Shown here piece after piece: positions 39,017-50,530 of a stretch of DNA of 64,000 bases. Within the stretch, counting starts at the first letter, position 1, and each line of letters opens with the position of its first letter. The notes under the pieces were generated by a model. That model was not told the origin of the DNA and searched no databases. It was given only the letters and a program-made list of their open reading frames with translations. Made by a program: the position numbers and the translations under genes. The stretch is from Tricharina praecox (taxonomy: Eukaryota), in the NCBI RefSeq assembly GCF_024521635.1, contig NW_026250404.1:1178001-1242000 (forward strand), given 5' to 3'.

Positions 39017-39073
39017 TTTGTGGTGGTTTAGGGGTTTTGTGGTGGTTTAGGGGTTTTGTGGTGGTTTAGGGGT
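39017..39073. repeat. 19-bp tandem repeat TTTGTGGTGGTTTAGGGGT x3
   Basis: Three perfect units, each containing TTAGGG. Confidence 0.9.
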
Positions 39074-40897
39074 TTGAGCAAACAGAACGACACCCGGTCT
39101 ATATGCATGAGTCCCGAAAAAATTTAACGAAACTTCCAAAGCCGGTATTGTCCTAGGTACCCGATTCTGTCAGGTTTGTGTGAGGCTCTTCGTATACCCG
39201 CCCATCCAACAATGATGTGGACAACGTTACTGCCAGCCACGTCTTCGCGCTGTGTCATGTTGCATTCTCAGCGCAAACACAGCCGCACCAGCCACACCAT
39301 CCACACGACGTCCGACCACTGGCCACATCATTGTTGGATGAGCGAGTATAGGTACATGAACTCATTTCCTCATTTATAAGACTGCAATTTGTAATATAAA
39401 GCTGGATTTTTGTTAAAACGCTAGAATCGACGCATTTTATTGGGGTATTTAGCCGAGTGACGAAGTAATGTATCGCAACTGATCGAGGTGCTATTGAGAC
39501 GATGTAAGAACCGATATTCAACTATATACGCGTTGTCAACTCACTCATAGACTTCTCATCTCTTCTGGGAGTACTGCTATGTCTGAAATCTCCCTCCTCT
39601 GACGTATGGTGTTACTGAGGCACATCATTGCCTTCCCAGGCATACAAGTGTGACATCGATACTATATTGTGTGCTGGCGACCGCAACGCGAACCGAGACG
39701 GCTATGGGCATCATCCACTGACTCGAGCAGCGGGATGCACAAACAGCGATCTTGTATCAGATTACCAGTTAAAAGCCTTCCGTGCCTATGAAGTGGTCGG
39801 GGTATTTATTAACATAATGTTGATTTCCCGAGGAAAGCAAAGATTTATTCAAGCGTGAGAAGCCATCGCTTGGTCGACAGCAGGGAGTTATCTGTTTGGA
39901 CAGTTATATTCCGTACATATCGGAATTGGCCTATTCGCAAACGTCCGGGGGAAATGCCGATTTATTGATATCGCATCGATCCTCGAATAACCAGAATGGG
40001 GTACAGTCTTGAGTCGGTAGTTATGTAGTTAGAGAACCCTGGTGCTTCGAAGAGGTGCTTTTAGCAGTCCGCACTCTAACTGATGCCCAAATGCCGGCAT
40101 ACACCAGTCCAGCATACACCAGTGTGTTCGGATTACGGGTTTGAATCCAGCTCAGATCACCGGATTGTTATCCAAGAGCATTCTTCGAGGTACATTCATA
40201 TCAATTAGTGTATACTGATTCCTCTACGAGAAGTATGTTTCCGGCTACTTACGACAAACAGGAGTTGCCTGTTATCGAGTGACCTTATGATTGGCAATGC
40301 CGTGTTGCGAGCTATCTTTCTATCTTCATCTGTGACGCTCTCTTGGCTCATATTCTAAAAGTATACAGGTATGGCCGATGGAAATATACCCCACGGTTCT
40401 AGTCTTCTTCTTCCTGCAACTGGGTCTCTCCAAGGGTTTTATGTACCTATTTTAAGGGAGTGGGGACGGGTGAGTGAGCGCAGGTGAGTGAGCGCGGATA
40501 AGTGCAACAGCGTGAGCGCTAGCGGCTAGCGAGCGGCGACGAGCGGGCGTTTGAGCCCTAAGAATACAACATCTCTCCGCTAGCTTAGATTCTGCAACAA
40601 CAAAATCAACAACCATCCGGATTGCTTCTCTTCTTCTTCTTCTTCTTCTTCCTTCTTCACCATCGGCAATTCACAGCTCCACTTGTGCCGCTTCAACTGC
40701 TCAACCTTCTTCTGCTCATCGCAACCTTCTTCTGCTCATCGCAACCACTCCCGCTTTTCGCTCATAACATCTTCCGTTTTTCGGCCACAACCTTTTCAGC
40801 TTTTCGACCACAACCTCTTCCGCTCTCAGAAAGTTTCCCGCTTATACTATTCTCTCTCAATCTCGCTACCTCCTCATACTTCCTTACCAAGAACACA

Positions 40898-43660
40898 ATG
40901 TCTGTCTTTCGAGGTGTCGACACCGAGCCGCTCAGAAGAGTGGTTGAAGCATTGCGCAGAATGTCACCCACGAGTACTCCACTAGAGGCGAACCCGAGCC
41001 CCTCGGTCTGCTCCTTCATATCTGGACAAGATTATCTCCAGAACCGTTTCAAGTATGTTACCATGAAGTCTGAGCTTCAAGAACGGATCGACTGCCTCGA
41101 GGCAAAGAACGGAGCGTACGAAAATCAGATCGAGACTCTCCTCGGGGAGCTCAAACGATGTGAGAATGCGAAGTCCGCGCTGATGCAGGCCGAACTTAAG
41201 GATATCCACGAGAAGTACCACCAGAACTTCCGACAGATCGTCAACAAACTGGTAAACGACCTTGATGCCGAGCGCAAGAACATGAATGCTTTGCAGAAGT
41301 CGCTCACGGAGTGGCAGAACATTGCGAATGGAATGAAGAAGCTTCACGATACGCTCAAAGTGAAGCATCAACAGCTTCTGAACAGTACGAAAGAGGAGAA
41401 ACTGCTTACGCAACAGCACAATCCGGAGCATTCTTCTCAGATTAGGGAGTTGCAGATCAAGGTTCACAATCTTCAGACGGATATCAGCAAGCTCAAGGCT
41501 CAGGAGAAGAACCAGAAGTACAAGTTCGGCGAACTAACAGCTCGGATTCTGACGCTGCAGATCGAGAAGAGCCGCCTTGCCGGTGAGATAGACGACCACC
41601 GTTTCGAGAACGATGGCCTCCTCAAAAATCAAGATTCTCTCGAGCAAGAGATTTCTCAGCTTCGTCTCGACCGAGCCCAGGAGCAAAAGCGTGCCGACTA
41701 AAAGTTTTCGCATCTTCGCGACGAGCATGAACGGCTTCGTGATCGTCTTAGGCTTGAGAATGCTAAGAGTTCTGGCAACAATCAACGTATCCTACGGGAG
41801 AAGGACCGCCTTGACCGGGAGGTTGAGGAGCTTCGTGAGGAGAAGTGTCATCTGAGTGGAGAAAAGGGCCTTCTTCGCTGCCAGGTGGATAGTCAGCGTC
41901 AAGAGATCGAACGTCTCCAGCTAGAGAATAGGCATTTTCTTGAAAAGGATGAAATTCATCGTCAAGAGATTAACGCATTGTCAGAACTGAATGAAGCGAT
42001 TCTCCAAGAACGCAACGATGCTGAGGAGAGAAATACCGCGTTGTAAGTACTGGCTTCTCTTTAAATTGTGTTCCTAAGCTGACGACCCCCAAGCCGACAA
42101 CAGATCGAACAGCTCAAGAGGGAGCTTGATAACTCACAAAACTCCTCCGAGAGGGATTTAGGCCACGAGAAATCTACGGATTCCGTTCCCAGACCCCAAT
42201 GCAGTTCGGATGACAGTTTGCAAGCTGAATTGGACCGTATCCTTCCGGAACAGAAGATATACGCCCGGAACAACGGATCCGAGCATGACAGGGACAATGA
42301 TGAGCCACGAGCCGTCCTACCGTCTGTTCCCCCTGCAGCCTCTAGAGAGATCAAGTACGCCGTGAATGCACACAACCGAGAGGAACCGAACGCTTTAACC
42401 AACGAGTCTGAAGGCAATGAAGGAGAGGACGAGTGTGACAATCCCGAGGGATCTGAGAACCTCGAGTCCGAACCAACAAAATCAGAACTGGAGGAGTTGG
42501 AAGGCCATGAGGAAGAACTTAAGGTTGCCAACGACGCGAGATGGAATAATATGCTAAGGCATTTGAATCGGTACTTCGTAACGACCGTTATTCCAATCGA
42601 CGAGGCAGACTTGCACCCTGTCAATACTCCACCCGAGCCATGTCTGGAATTCATGGAGTGTATGGAGGATACCGACTCCCTCGCTCCTTCGGATTCCTTA
42701 TCACAGTATCCGGGCTGGATTCCTTTCTCGGACGAAACGGCGCCGGATAAATTTGAACTGATCAGAGAGATCAAGTTCATTTCCGTCCCTGAAAACGTGT
42801 TTGATATCCGAAACGTTTTCAAGGGAATCTCGTGTGGTGTGGTCGAGTCGATCACCTACAGCAGAAGGAGACGGGAAATAGTGATACTATTTGTTGACCC
42901 GATTTGCGCCCGTGAGCAATATATAAGGCTCTTCAACCGTCCCTTGTGGCTCCCCGTGGCGGACGGCCACCTGAAGACTAGTCTCAACTGGGACTATTTT
43001 CATTGCCCCATTTCTCCGAGTCCTTTCAAGTGGACCAGAAATTCGGAGCCTGTGTCGGAGGAGCTGCGAAATGCTGTCTACCAGAATGGTGTCAGCCGGG
43101 CAGTGTACCTGTCTGGAGATCTCTCCGGCCTCTCGGTGGCCAAGGTCATGGAGGATGCCCTGTACCAGATAATGTCCCACACTGGTACCACTCGGTACCG
43201 GGCGTGGGACATTTTCGAGGTGGTAGAGTTTGTCGAGGAGACCCGCCAGTACCGCATCTTGTGTGCGGCGATTCTTTTCGCGTGTTACGCAAAAGAGGGA
43301 CTAAGTTCCCACCCTGACTACCAGGGTATCGAGGTCGGTTTCGGTCTGGATCCCTGTGACCGGCACCAGATACTGGACGAGCTGCGGAATCATGTAGACC
43401 TGACGCCGGGCGAACTTGTGGCCAAGTTTGGCACCGCACTCTCTCCCGATGATTCGGACTGGCCCTGGGCCTTGCCTTCGATGAGGGAGAAACAGTCCGC
43501 GAAGTACTGGGCCTGGAAGCAGGCGAAACTCATCAGGGGCATCCAACCGACCCCGATATCGGCGCAACGTCTTGCGGACGTTGTGAACTCGACCACACTC
43601 CCATCATCCGATGAGGATATTGTGGCCGAGGAGAACGATCATCGGGGCGGTATGGTTTGA
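40898..43660 (+). CDS. Coiled-coil + acidic linker + tandem RRM (Nrd1/Mrn1-type) protein, ~903 aa, interrupted by an in-frame TAA at 41699-41701; intron 42043-42093
   Basis: The frame continues stop-free past the TAA for 113 codons of coiled-coil sequence, then a GTAAGT...GCTGAC...AAG intron links in phase to the 42218..43660 frame. RRM features REIKFISVP, GVVESI, GVSRAVYLSG and VGFGLDPCD. Confidence 0.75.
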
Positions 43661-45105
43661 GGGGGGGTGAGGACTCTCGGGGGAGGGGACGACAGTTCCG
43701 GCGGAGTAGATTTTCGAAAATAATACGATAATACGATAATTTTTAATGACCATACAGTAAGCACTCAATATACTATGAGACATGACTGGATACTGACTTC
43801 TACGATAGTTACAAGTATGGTGGGGCGAGATACTATGCGTGAGCCATGTGCGGGCGAGAGGCACTGGGCACGTTTGTTCTGTTTTCGTACTAGTAGTTTC
43901 GGTTGGCAAGGGCGGAATCAAACCATTTTTACTCCATCATGGCTCTCTCGATATCGGCCAGTAGGCGAGTGATATTTAGTATTATGTAGGGAGAGGTGGT
44001 CAGACGTGAAGTAAAAGAGCAGCTTTAAGGAAACAGACTCCTACATATTCACCCAGGAGATCGCTCTGTGCCGGTTCCTCGGACATGAAAAGGTGCGGCT
44101 TCATCCCCATCGCTCGGCCATAGCATCCAAACCAACCCACCGCTCACTCCCCCAGCTTCTTCTAGAAAGAGGTGAGGTGTAAAAGAGGCGAGGAGGCGAG
44201 AGGAGAAGGAGGGCGGTGAGGTTGAGGAATGGGGTCCCACCACCGTTCCTTCGCACGCCCTTCTTCATGACATCACCTGACGAAGAGGCCGGGGGCGTAG
44301 CGAAATGTGGGGTGGAAACTTTCTTTTCCTAACTTTATTTCCTCAATTCGTTCTAAATATCTTTTAGGAATGCCAGGGCGGAGGGCAGCGAGGAGGAGCC
44401 ACAGCGAGCTGCTGCGGACTGATGGATGTCGGGTTGGACAGTGGACATGAAAACGGTTTACAAGTATTTAGGAAGGCTATGACCTAATTAGGTCGCAAGC
44501 ATCTAATGATTGCACCATGAAGAATACAGCATCACTTCTTAGGCGCAGAGCAAACGAGATGAGAGCAAACAAGATGAGGAGAGATGAAATTGCCATTTGT
44601 ACGAGTTAGGTACCCCAACCCAACGCCATCGCACGCATCCAGGGCACTGTTCGTTCCCTGAAAATCGTCTTCTTCTTCCAATCCCTACTTCTATCACACA
44701 CACCCAATATCGTACAATAAGCTACCTTCTCCTCCCCTTCTCGTCCTCCTTTCCATCAATGGTTGTCGCTGGTGATGGGATGGGCATAACAATCTTCAGA
44801 AGATGTACAGAGAAAACGATTGAAAATGAAAAGAAGAAACCCGATTATACCCAACCCATACCGTACAAGTTAAACTCAAGAAGCCTCACACGCTCCTCCT
44901 CCTACTTACGCTCCGCAATGAAGAAGAAAGAACATGGGAGTTTGAGTACAAAACTGGCGGGAAAAAAAACTGACAACAGAATCCGAAAAAAAAAACCGTT
45001 CAATCGTATCTATACACTGACTCCACTCTTCTCCTGCCTCCCCCGCCAACTTTTTATACCTTAATCTCCACACGCCCAATTATTGTTTTATATTGGTTGC
45101 ACTCT

Positions 45106-46152
45106 TTACGAGGACAAAGGCTTTTCCGTTGTCTCCTCGGCTTGTGCCTCGGCATCAGCCTCGGACTTCACGGGCTCCCCCGAAGCCTCTGAGTCCTCGG
45201 CCTCGTTGCGCTCCTCGTACTGCTTCTTGCGCTCATCCGGGGGCACAGAGTAGTCGATGCGGATCTGACGGCCGTACAACTGAGTACCAGCGAGCTGCTC
45301 CTTAGCTTTAACGGCACTGGGAACGTCCGCGAAGTCGGCGTGGACGAAACCCCGGGGTTGACCAGTGCGGCGGTCCATGGCGACACGAACGTCAACGCAG
45401 CCGGCAACGTCCTTGAAAAGCTCGTTCAGGTCCTCATCGGTGGTGTTGAAAGAAAGGTTACCGATGAACAGAGTCTTGCTCTCGGGGTTGTTCTTGATGC
45501 GCATGTCGGAGCGGTTCACGTACTGGACGTTCAAGCGACGGCCAAGGAACGAAGCCATGTGCATAGCCTCGATAGCCTCGGCGGCCTCCTCCAAAGCACC
45601 GAACTCAACGTAGGCAAATCTAAACACAATCTTCGTCACTCCATGTACATGTGAAGGGTGGCAGAAGAAAATTTCATGAGAGCGGAAGCGGGAAAACCAT
45701 ACCCTCGGGCAATACCGGTCTCGCTGGTGCGGGGAATGCGGACACCACGGACATCACCAAACTCGCGGAACTTCTCCTCGATATCCTTCTCGGTGACCTC
45801 GTACTTGAGGTTTCCAACGTACACAACCTTTGTGGGGGTGGTGTTGTTCTGGCGCTGCTGCCACGCCGGTCGGTCTGAGCCGTTGTCACCTACTCTCCGG
45901 TACGCATCCTGTCGTCCGTCGCCGGAGGACTGGTTGTCATACGAGTAGAAACGGGTCTGGAGCAGCGACTCAAAGGAGCGGAGTTCTGCAAGATTTTGGG
46001 GGCGGGCGTGACGGGTCAATCCCAATGCGGCAGCGGGGCGACCGGCGCTGCGGCTGGCTGTCGTTGCGAGACGGCGAAGAGCGAACCTACGATTGCGAAG
46101 GTTAGCCAAAGCGTCCAGATGATGGTGCGGAATGCAATGGTGAAGCCTACAT
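45106..46152 (-). CDS. Two-RRM RNA-binding protein with a mitochondrial-type presequence; introns 46087-46150 (splits AT|G) and 45620-45702
   Basis: MFALRRLATTASRSA... is R/S/T/L-rich; RNP2/RNP1 motifs VYVGNL / RGFAYVEF and LFIGNL / RGFVHADF. Confidence 0.88.
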
Positions 46153-46584
46153 TGTGAGAGATGTGATGGATGGTGGGTGGATTGAGGGAGAGTGTTGTGA
46201 GAGGGAAGTGGGGAGAACGTGAGTTGGGGAAGGAAGGTGGGTGAAGTGAGCTGGGACCGAAATTCTTTTGTGTGAGAAATTTTGAATAGGCGGCTCAACC
46301 CGGTTAGCGGCTTGGCAGATCCGAGTGCTGACTGATGTTTGTCCGTGTCTGCCGTGAACCTGCAGGAAAGAAACTTTGGGCGTTTTAGTAGGAAATTCTG
46401 GCCCACGGATACCAGGGCTTGTGAGACCATAAAAAGTCCTCTGCAGTCGATACAAACAGCCGAACGCCTCCCAGGGTCTAGAATGATACGGACGTAAGGA
46501 AAACACGAAAGACCTTAAACGAGCCGAATGAACAGGCCCTGAAACCTTCAAGCAAACCGGTAATGCCGGCGAGAAACAGCCTTA

Positions 46585-47730
46585 TCAATGTTTACTTCTG
46601 AGATACGACTTGGACGCTACCTCATCCTCTCCTCCCCTCTCTGTGCCCAGCCCTACAGTATCTGCCCTGCGGCAAGCCTCCTTCATAACATCTTCCAACC
46701 TCTTGACCGCCTCAGCCGAGTTCTGGAAGTGACACATGATCCGTTCACCGCCTAGTTTAACTCCGATGTCCTCCCCAACCTGCTGCCAAATCTCTAAGCT
46801 GACCCCTCGGCCTTCAAGGTCAAGCCACACGGCATTGGTATCCACCGGCAGTGTCACCGTCCCTCCGCATCTCACCCATGCAGCCTCCACTTGCTTGGCA
46901 TATACATTTGACTCTTCCAATCTTCCAGCTAGATACACCTCGTCTAGTCCAACCTCCGCCATTGCCGTCAAGATCCCGGCCTGCCGGATCCCGCCCCCGA
47001 GAAGTTTCCGCATGTGAGTCGCCTTTGCGACCAGTTTCTCTGATCCCACGATGAAAGAGCCTACAGGACAACCCAACGACTTGCTAACACACACCGACAC
47101 CGAGTCCGCCTCACGTGCATATTCCGCAAGCGATGGCGACGAGGGAACGGAGCATGCATTCCACAATCTTGCGCCGTCCAGGTGCACGCCGATCCCATGC
47201 TCTCGAGCAAAAGCACATATCCGCTTGATCTCGTCGAGGGGATGAATCACACCCGAAATGGTGTTCTCCAAGCATATAATCTTAGTAGGCGCGTAGTGGA
47301 TGTCATCCGAGATGATAACGTGTTTCTTCACGTCCTCGAGAGTGAGATAGAGTCCGTTGCGGGGTATCACTGGGGTGATGGTTGCCTGTGAGATTAACGC
47401 CGTTGCGCCCGCTTCAGACGTACAGATGTGGGCCCGGTGATCGCAAAGTACCGAGTACGGCGGCTGCTCGAGAAGCGCACGGATACAGAGCTGATTCCCC
47501 ATCGTCCCTGAAAGAACGAATAGCGCGACTTCTTTCCCAAAGAGTTTCGCGATACGGGTGGAGAGGGCATTCGTGGTCGTTGATTCTTGGTAGACGTCAT
47601 CGCCGAGGGAGGCATTGGAGAGTGCGGCGAGCATAGAGGGTGTCGGCGAGGTCACGGTGTCAGAGCGGAAGTCGAATTCAGCAGGCGAACGTGTCCACTC
47701 ATTACTGCGTGGGGCGCATGTGCTGTACAT
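46585..47730 (-). CDS. GLY1: Low-specificity L-threonine aldolase (PLP)
   Basis: DFRSDTVT, GDDVY, SGTMGNQL, LENT, HLDGARLWNA, SKSLGCPVGS (PLP Lys) and RKLLGGGIRQAG. Confidence 0.96.
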   Translation of the reverse strand: MYSTCAPRSNEWTRSPAEFDFRSDTVTSPTPSMLAALSNASLGDDVYQESTTTNALSTRIAKLFGKEVALFVLSGTMGNQLCIRALLEQPPYSVLCDHRAHICTSEAGATALISQATITPVIPRNGLYLTLEDVKKHVIISDDIHYAPTKIICLENTISGVIHPLDEIKRICAFAREHGIGVHLDGARLWNACSVPSSPSLAEYAREADSVSVCVSKSLGCPVGSFIVGSEKLVAKATHMRKLLGGGIRQAGILTAMAEVGLDEVYLAGRLEESNVYAKQVEAAWVRCGGTVTLPVDTNAVWLDLEGRGVSLEIWQQVGEDIGVKLGGERIMCHFQNSAEAVKRLEDVMKEACRRADTVGLGTERGGEDEVASKSYLRSKH

Positions 47731-48468
47731 CGTACGCGATACTGATTTCGTAAGCTATTGACTCGCAATAGGGTCTTATGATGGATGACAGTATGTGGAC
47801 AATGGAATATGCGGCATACTGGACAACAGAGAGCAAGTCTGGGCAAGGGGTGTTATAACTGCGAGGAGTCAGTTGTAGACAGCGCCTCCGCCGCATGAGC
47901 CTACCTCGGGAGCGAAACGCCGAAAAAGCTGCTCGGTGGCCAAAAGTAAGAAGCATTCGCGGTAGCTTGTGGCGGGAGAGAATGAGATGAGGCGGTTAGT
48001 TGTGGGGAATGCCCCGCGGCCATTAGGACACCTTTTGGTGCCTGCAGGGAGATGCAGGGATAAGCAGCATCCCCCGCTTTACCGTCATCAGCGGAGTGGG
48101 CCGGAGATTGCCGTGCCAACCCGTCGTTCAACATCCGAGAGCAAGTAATGATAGGTATCCTTTACAGTTCACCATATCTGCAACCATACTTCTTAGATGG
48201 TGGCTAACTGGTTGCACTGCCCACAATATGGCTACTTTTCCGTTCCTTACCTCCGTAACACGAGCTTCCTGGTAGTATTGTGTGAGGATTCATGTTAGAG
48301 CTTCAACAAAGCCACCACCAATCGCAGAACTACTGCTCATTCGTAGTTTCAATGCACTTATGAACTTTCTAACACTGTTCACTCGAAGATCTTTTGTATG
48401 TAGGTATGTACCCGAGGCAAACGCTCTTTGCTATATCCACCACAGTGCCCACCATCGTTACCAGCCTA

Positions 48469-50530
48469 CTACGGAGAGCACCCCTTCCACTCCGGCTCAT
48501 TATCATATTCACCGTCGTCTTCACTTCCACTCGTATCTCCGTCCTCATCCTCATCATCCTCCTCATCCTCCTCATCCTCGCCTCCCTCTTCATCGTCATC
48601 TTCCTCATCACTCTCCCCATCCTCAAGCTTCTCCATCCCAAACTCCCCGACCAAGTCCCACCGATCACCCTTCGCAGAAGCACTAACATATTTAACGAAC
48701 TTCAGCACACCCTGGTCGCGCAACGCAAGGCTGAGAGAGTTCCATCCAGGGTAGTTAACAAACAGCACTCCATCCTCTTCCTCATCTCCTCCAGCCTTGT
48801 ATACCGCGGGATCATTGGTGGGATCATCGTCTTCCGCAGCCATATACATCTCGTATCCTCCAAGAGTGCGGGCGGAGTCGTCGAACCGCTTCTCCTTCTC
48901 TTCTCGAACGAAATCCGGGTTGAGCCTGCTCTTACCCTTGCCCTTGGCTTTCTTTTTCTCCTTCTTTTTCATACCTTCTTCCTCCTCAGGATTAGGGGAT
49001 TCCCAGCCAGTAGTAGGCGTGAGGTTGAGAGTGAGCTCCAACTGCATGGGGTTATCTTCGGTGGCGGGAGAAGATGAGCTCAATCCTGTAGCCAGTGTGT
49101 AATCCATTCCTCGCCGGAACCGTCGTGCAAGAATGTTGCGAGATGTCAGTTTTAGTCCAGTGGCGTGTTGGATCAGTTTCTTGAACTGTGGCGAAGGAAG
49201 GAGAACGGTGACGAGTTCTTCAAGCGGAGTCATCCCCTTGCCGCCGCTAGAGGACTGTAGGTAGAGGTATTTCTGCTTATGCGGTGGTACGGCGACGGGC
49301 CAAGTGCTCGGCTTGCCATCGTTCGACTCAATGTACTCTCGCAGCGGCTTCTCAAAAGTGTTGCGTAGAAATGATGAGATCTGTATCGCCGAATCGCCCG
49401 CAAACTGCTCTGCTAGCTGTTCGAGGGTAGCGGGCGTCAAGAACGTCGGGTGGATATATTTGAGCAAGAAGTCGATCTCTTCTGGTGAGAACGCATCATC
49501 GTCGTCTTCATCTTCCTCCTTGCCCTTCCCTTTTTTGTCCACCTGCTTGTATGACACCACCTGCGGCTGTGGCCGGTCATAGCAATCACTCTTGGTTTGC
49601 AAGCTCGCTAGCGAACTCTTCTTGCCCAGCTCTTCTTCCAGCCCTTCGATGAAACCGTCTTCGCCGCGCTGTGGAATGTGAAACCACCCACTGATTGCCA
49701 TTCTAGTACGCTCGGTTCCATCTTCGGGATCGTAAACCTCCTCGACATCGTGAAAGCTCTCGCCGGGCACAACCTTAAAGAACGCTAACTGATTCCAAGC
49801 AGGAGGACAAACGCGTGACCACTCTGCCGTCGGCACTTTCGTCCCGTCGTCCGCCAATTCCGTAGGATACAGCCGTAGCGCACCTCCCCATTCAGGCCTC
49901 CACGGCTCGTCCTCGCTGCCACACAGGTAGAGGATGTAGCTCACTCTGCGACTGCCAATGACATCGTCGTGCGTGAGTAGGTGGCATCCGGGTGTGTAAA
50001 CATTGATGGCCATATCCGTCTTCGTGCCGCTCAATGGTCCACATCCGGAGACAGCGCACACATAGTCGCGGAATTTCTGGGAGTATAGCGCATCGCGGAG
50101 GCGGCGGAGCGAAGGGAGCTTTGCGGCAAGCTCCTGTGGAAGCCCGGAGAGGTTGGCGAGATCGCCCGTCTGGTGTAGCCGGTAGATGTCGGTTTCTTTC
50201 GCTGTGAAGGAGAGGTGCGTGAGAATCTCGTTCTTGACTGAGTGCAGCAGCGGCGATGAAATGAGGGTGGGGATCACGGCGTGCGGGTAGCTAGGCTAGT
50301 GTCAGTGCAATAGCGAGAGGCAGGAGCGGGAGGGACGAAACACACGGGCCAGAATCACGATATTGCGTGTTGTATTCCTTGAGCACATCTTTCTCGAAAA
50401 GACCGGGACGGAAGGAGGATTCGATGTCGTTCTCAATGGGTGCTTTGGTGGGGGACGCGGTTGGCTTTCCCTTCTTTTTGGAGGGCGCCGAAGACGAAGC
50501 TTGCGAGCTTGAGTGCTTTCGTTTGGCCAT
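48469..50530 (-). CDS. TPA1: Prolyl 3,4-dihydroxylase Tpa1/Ofd1 (uS12 hydroxylase, 2OG-Fe(II)); intron 50291-50345
   Basis: KETDIYRLHQTGDLANL, HLLTHDDVIGSRRVSYILYL, WGGALRL, SFHDVEEV, RMAISGWFH; C-terminal Ofd1 domain (RRFRRGMDYTLA, DDDPAVY-like, LRDQGVLKFVKYVS). Confidence 0.97.

Noticed and set aside
37800..40600. Hidden gene between the divergent RRM genes
   Set aside because: Only short ORFs with frequent stops and no recognisable motifs; it could be a decayed gene but I cannot support that.
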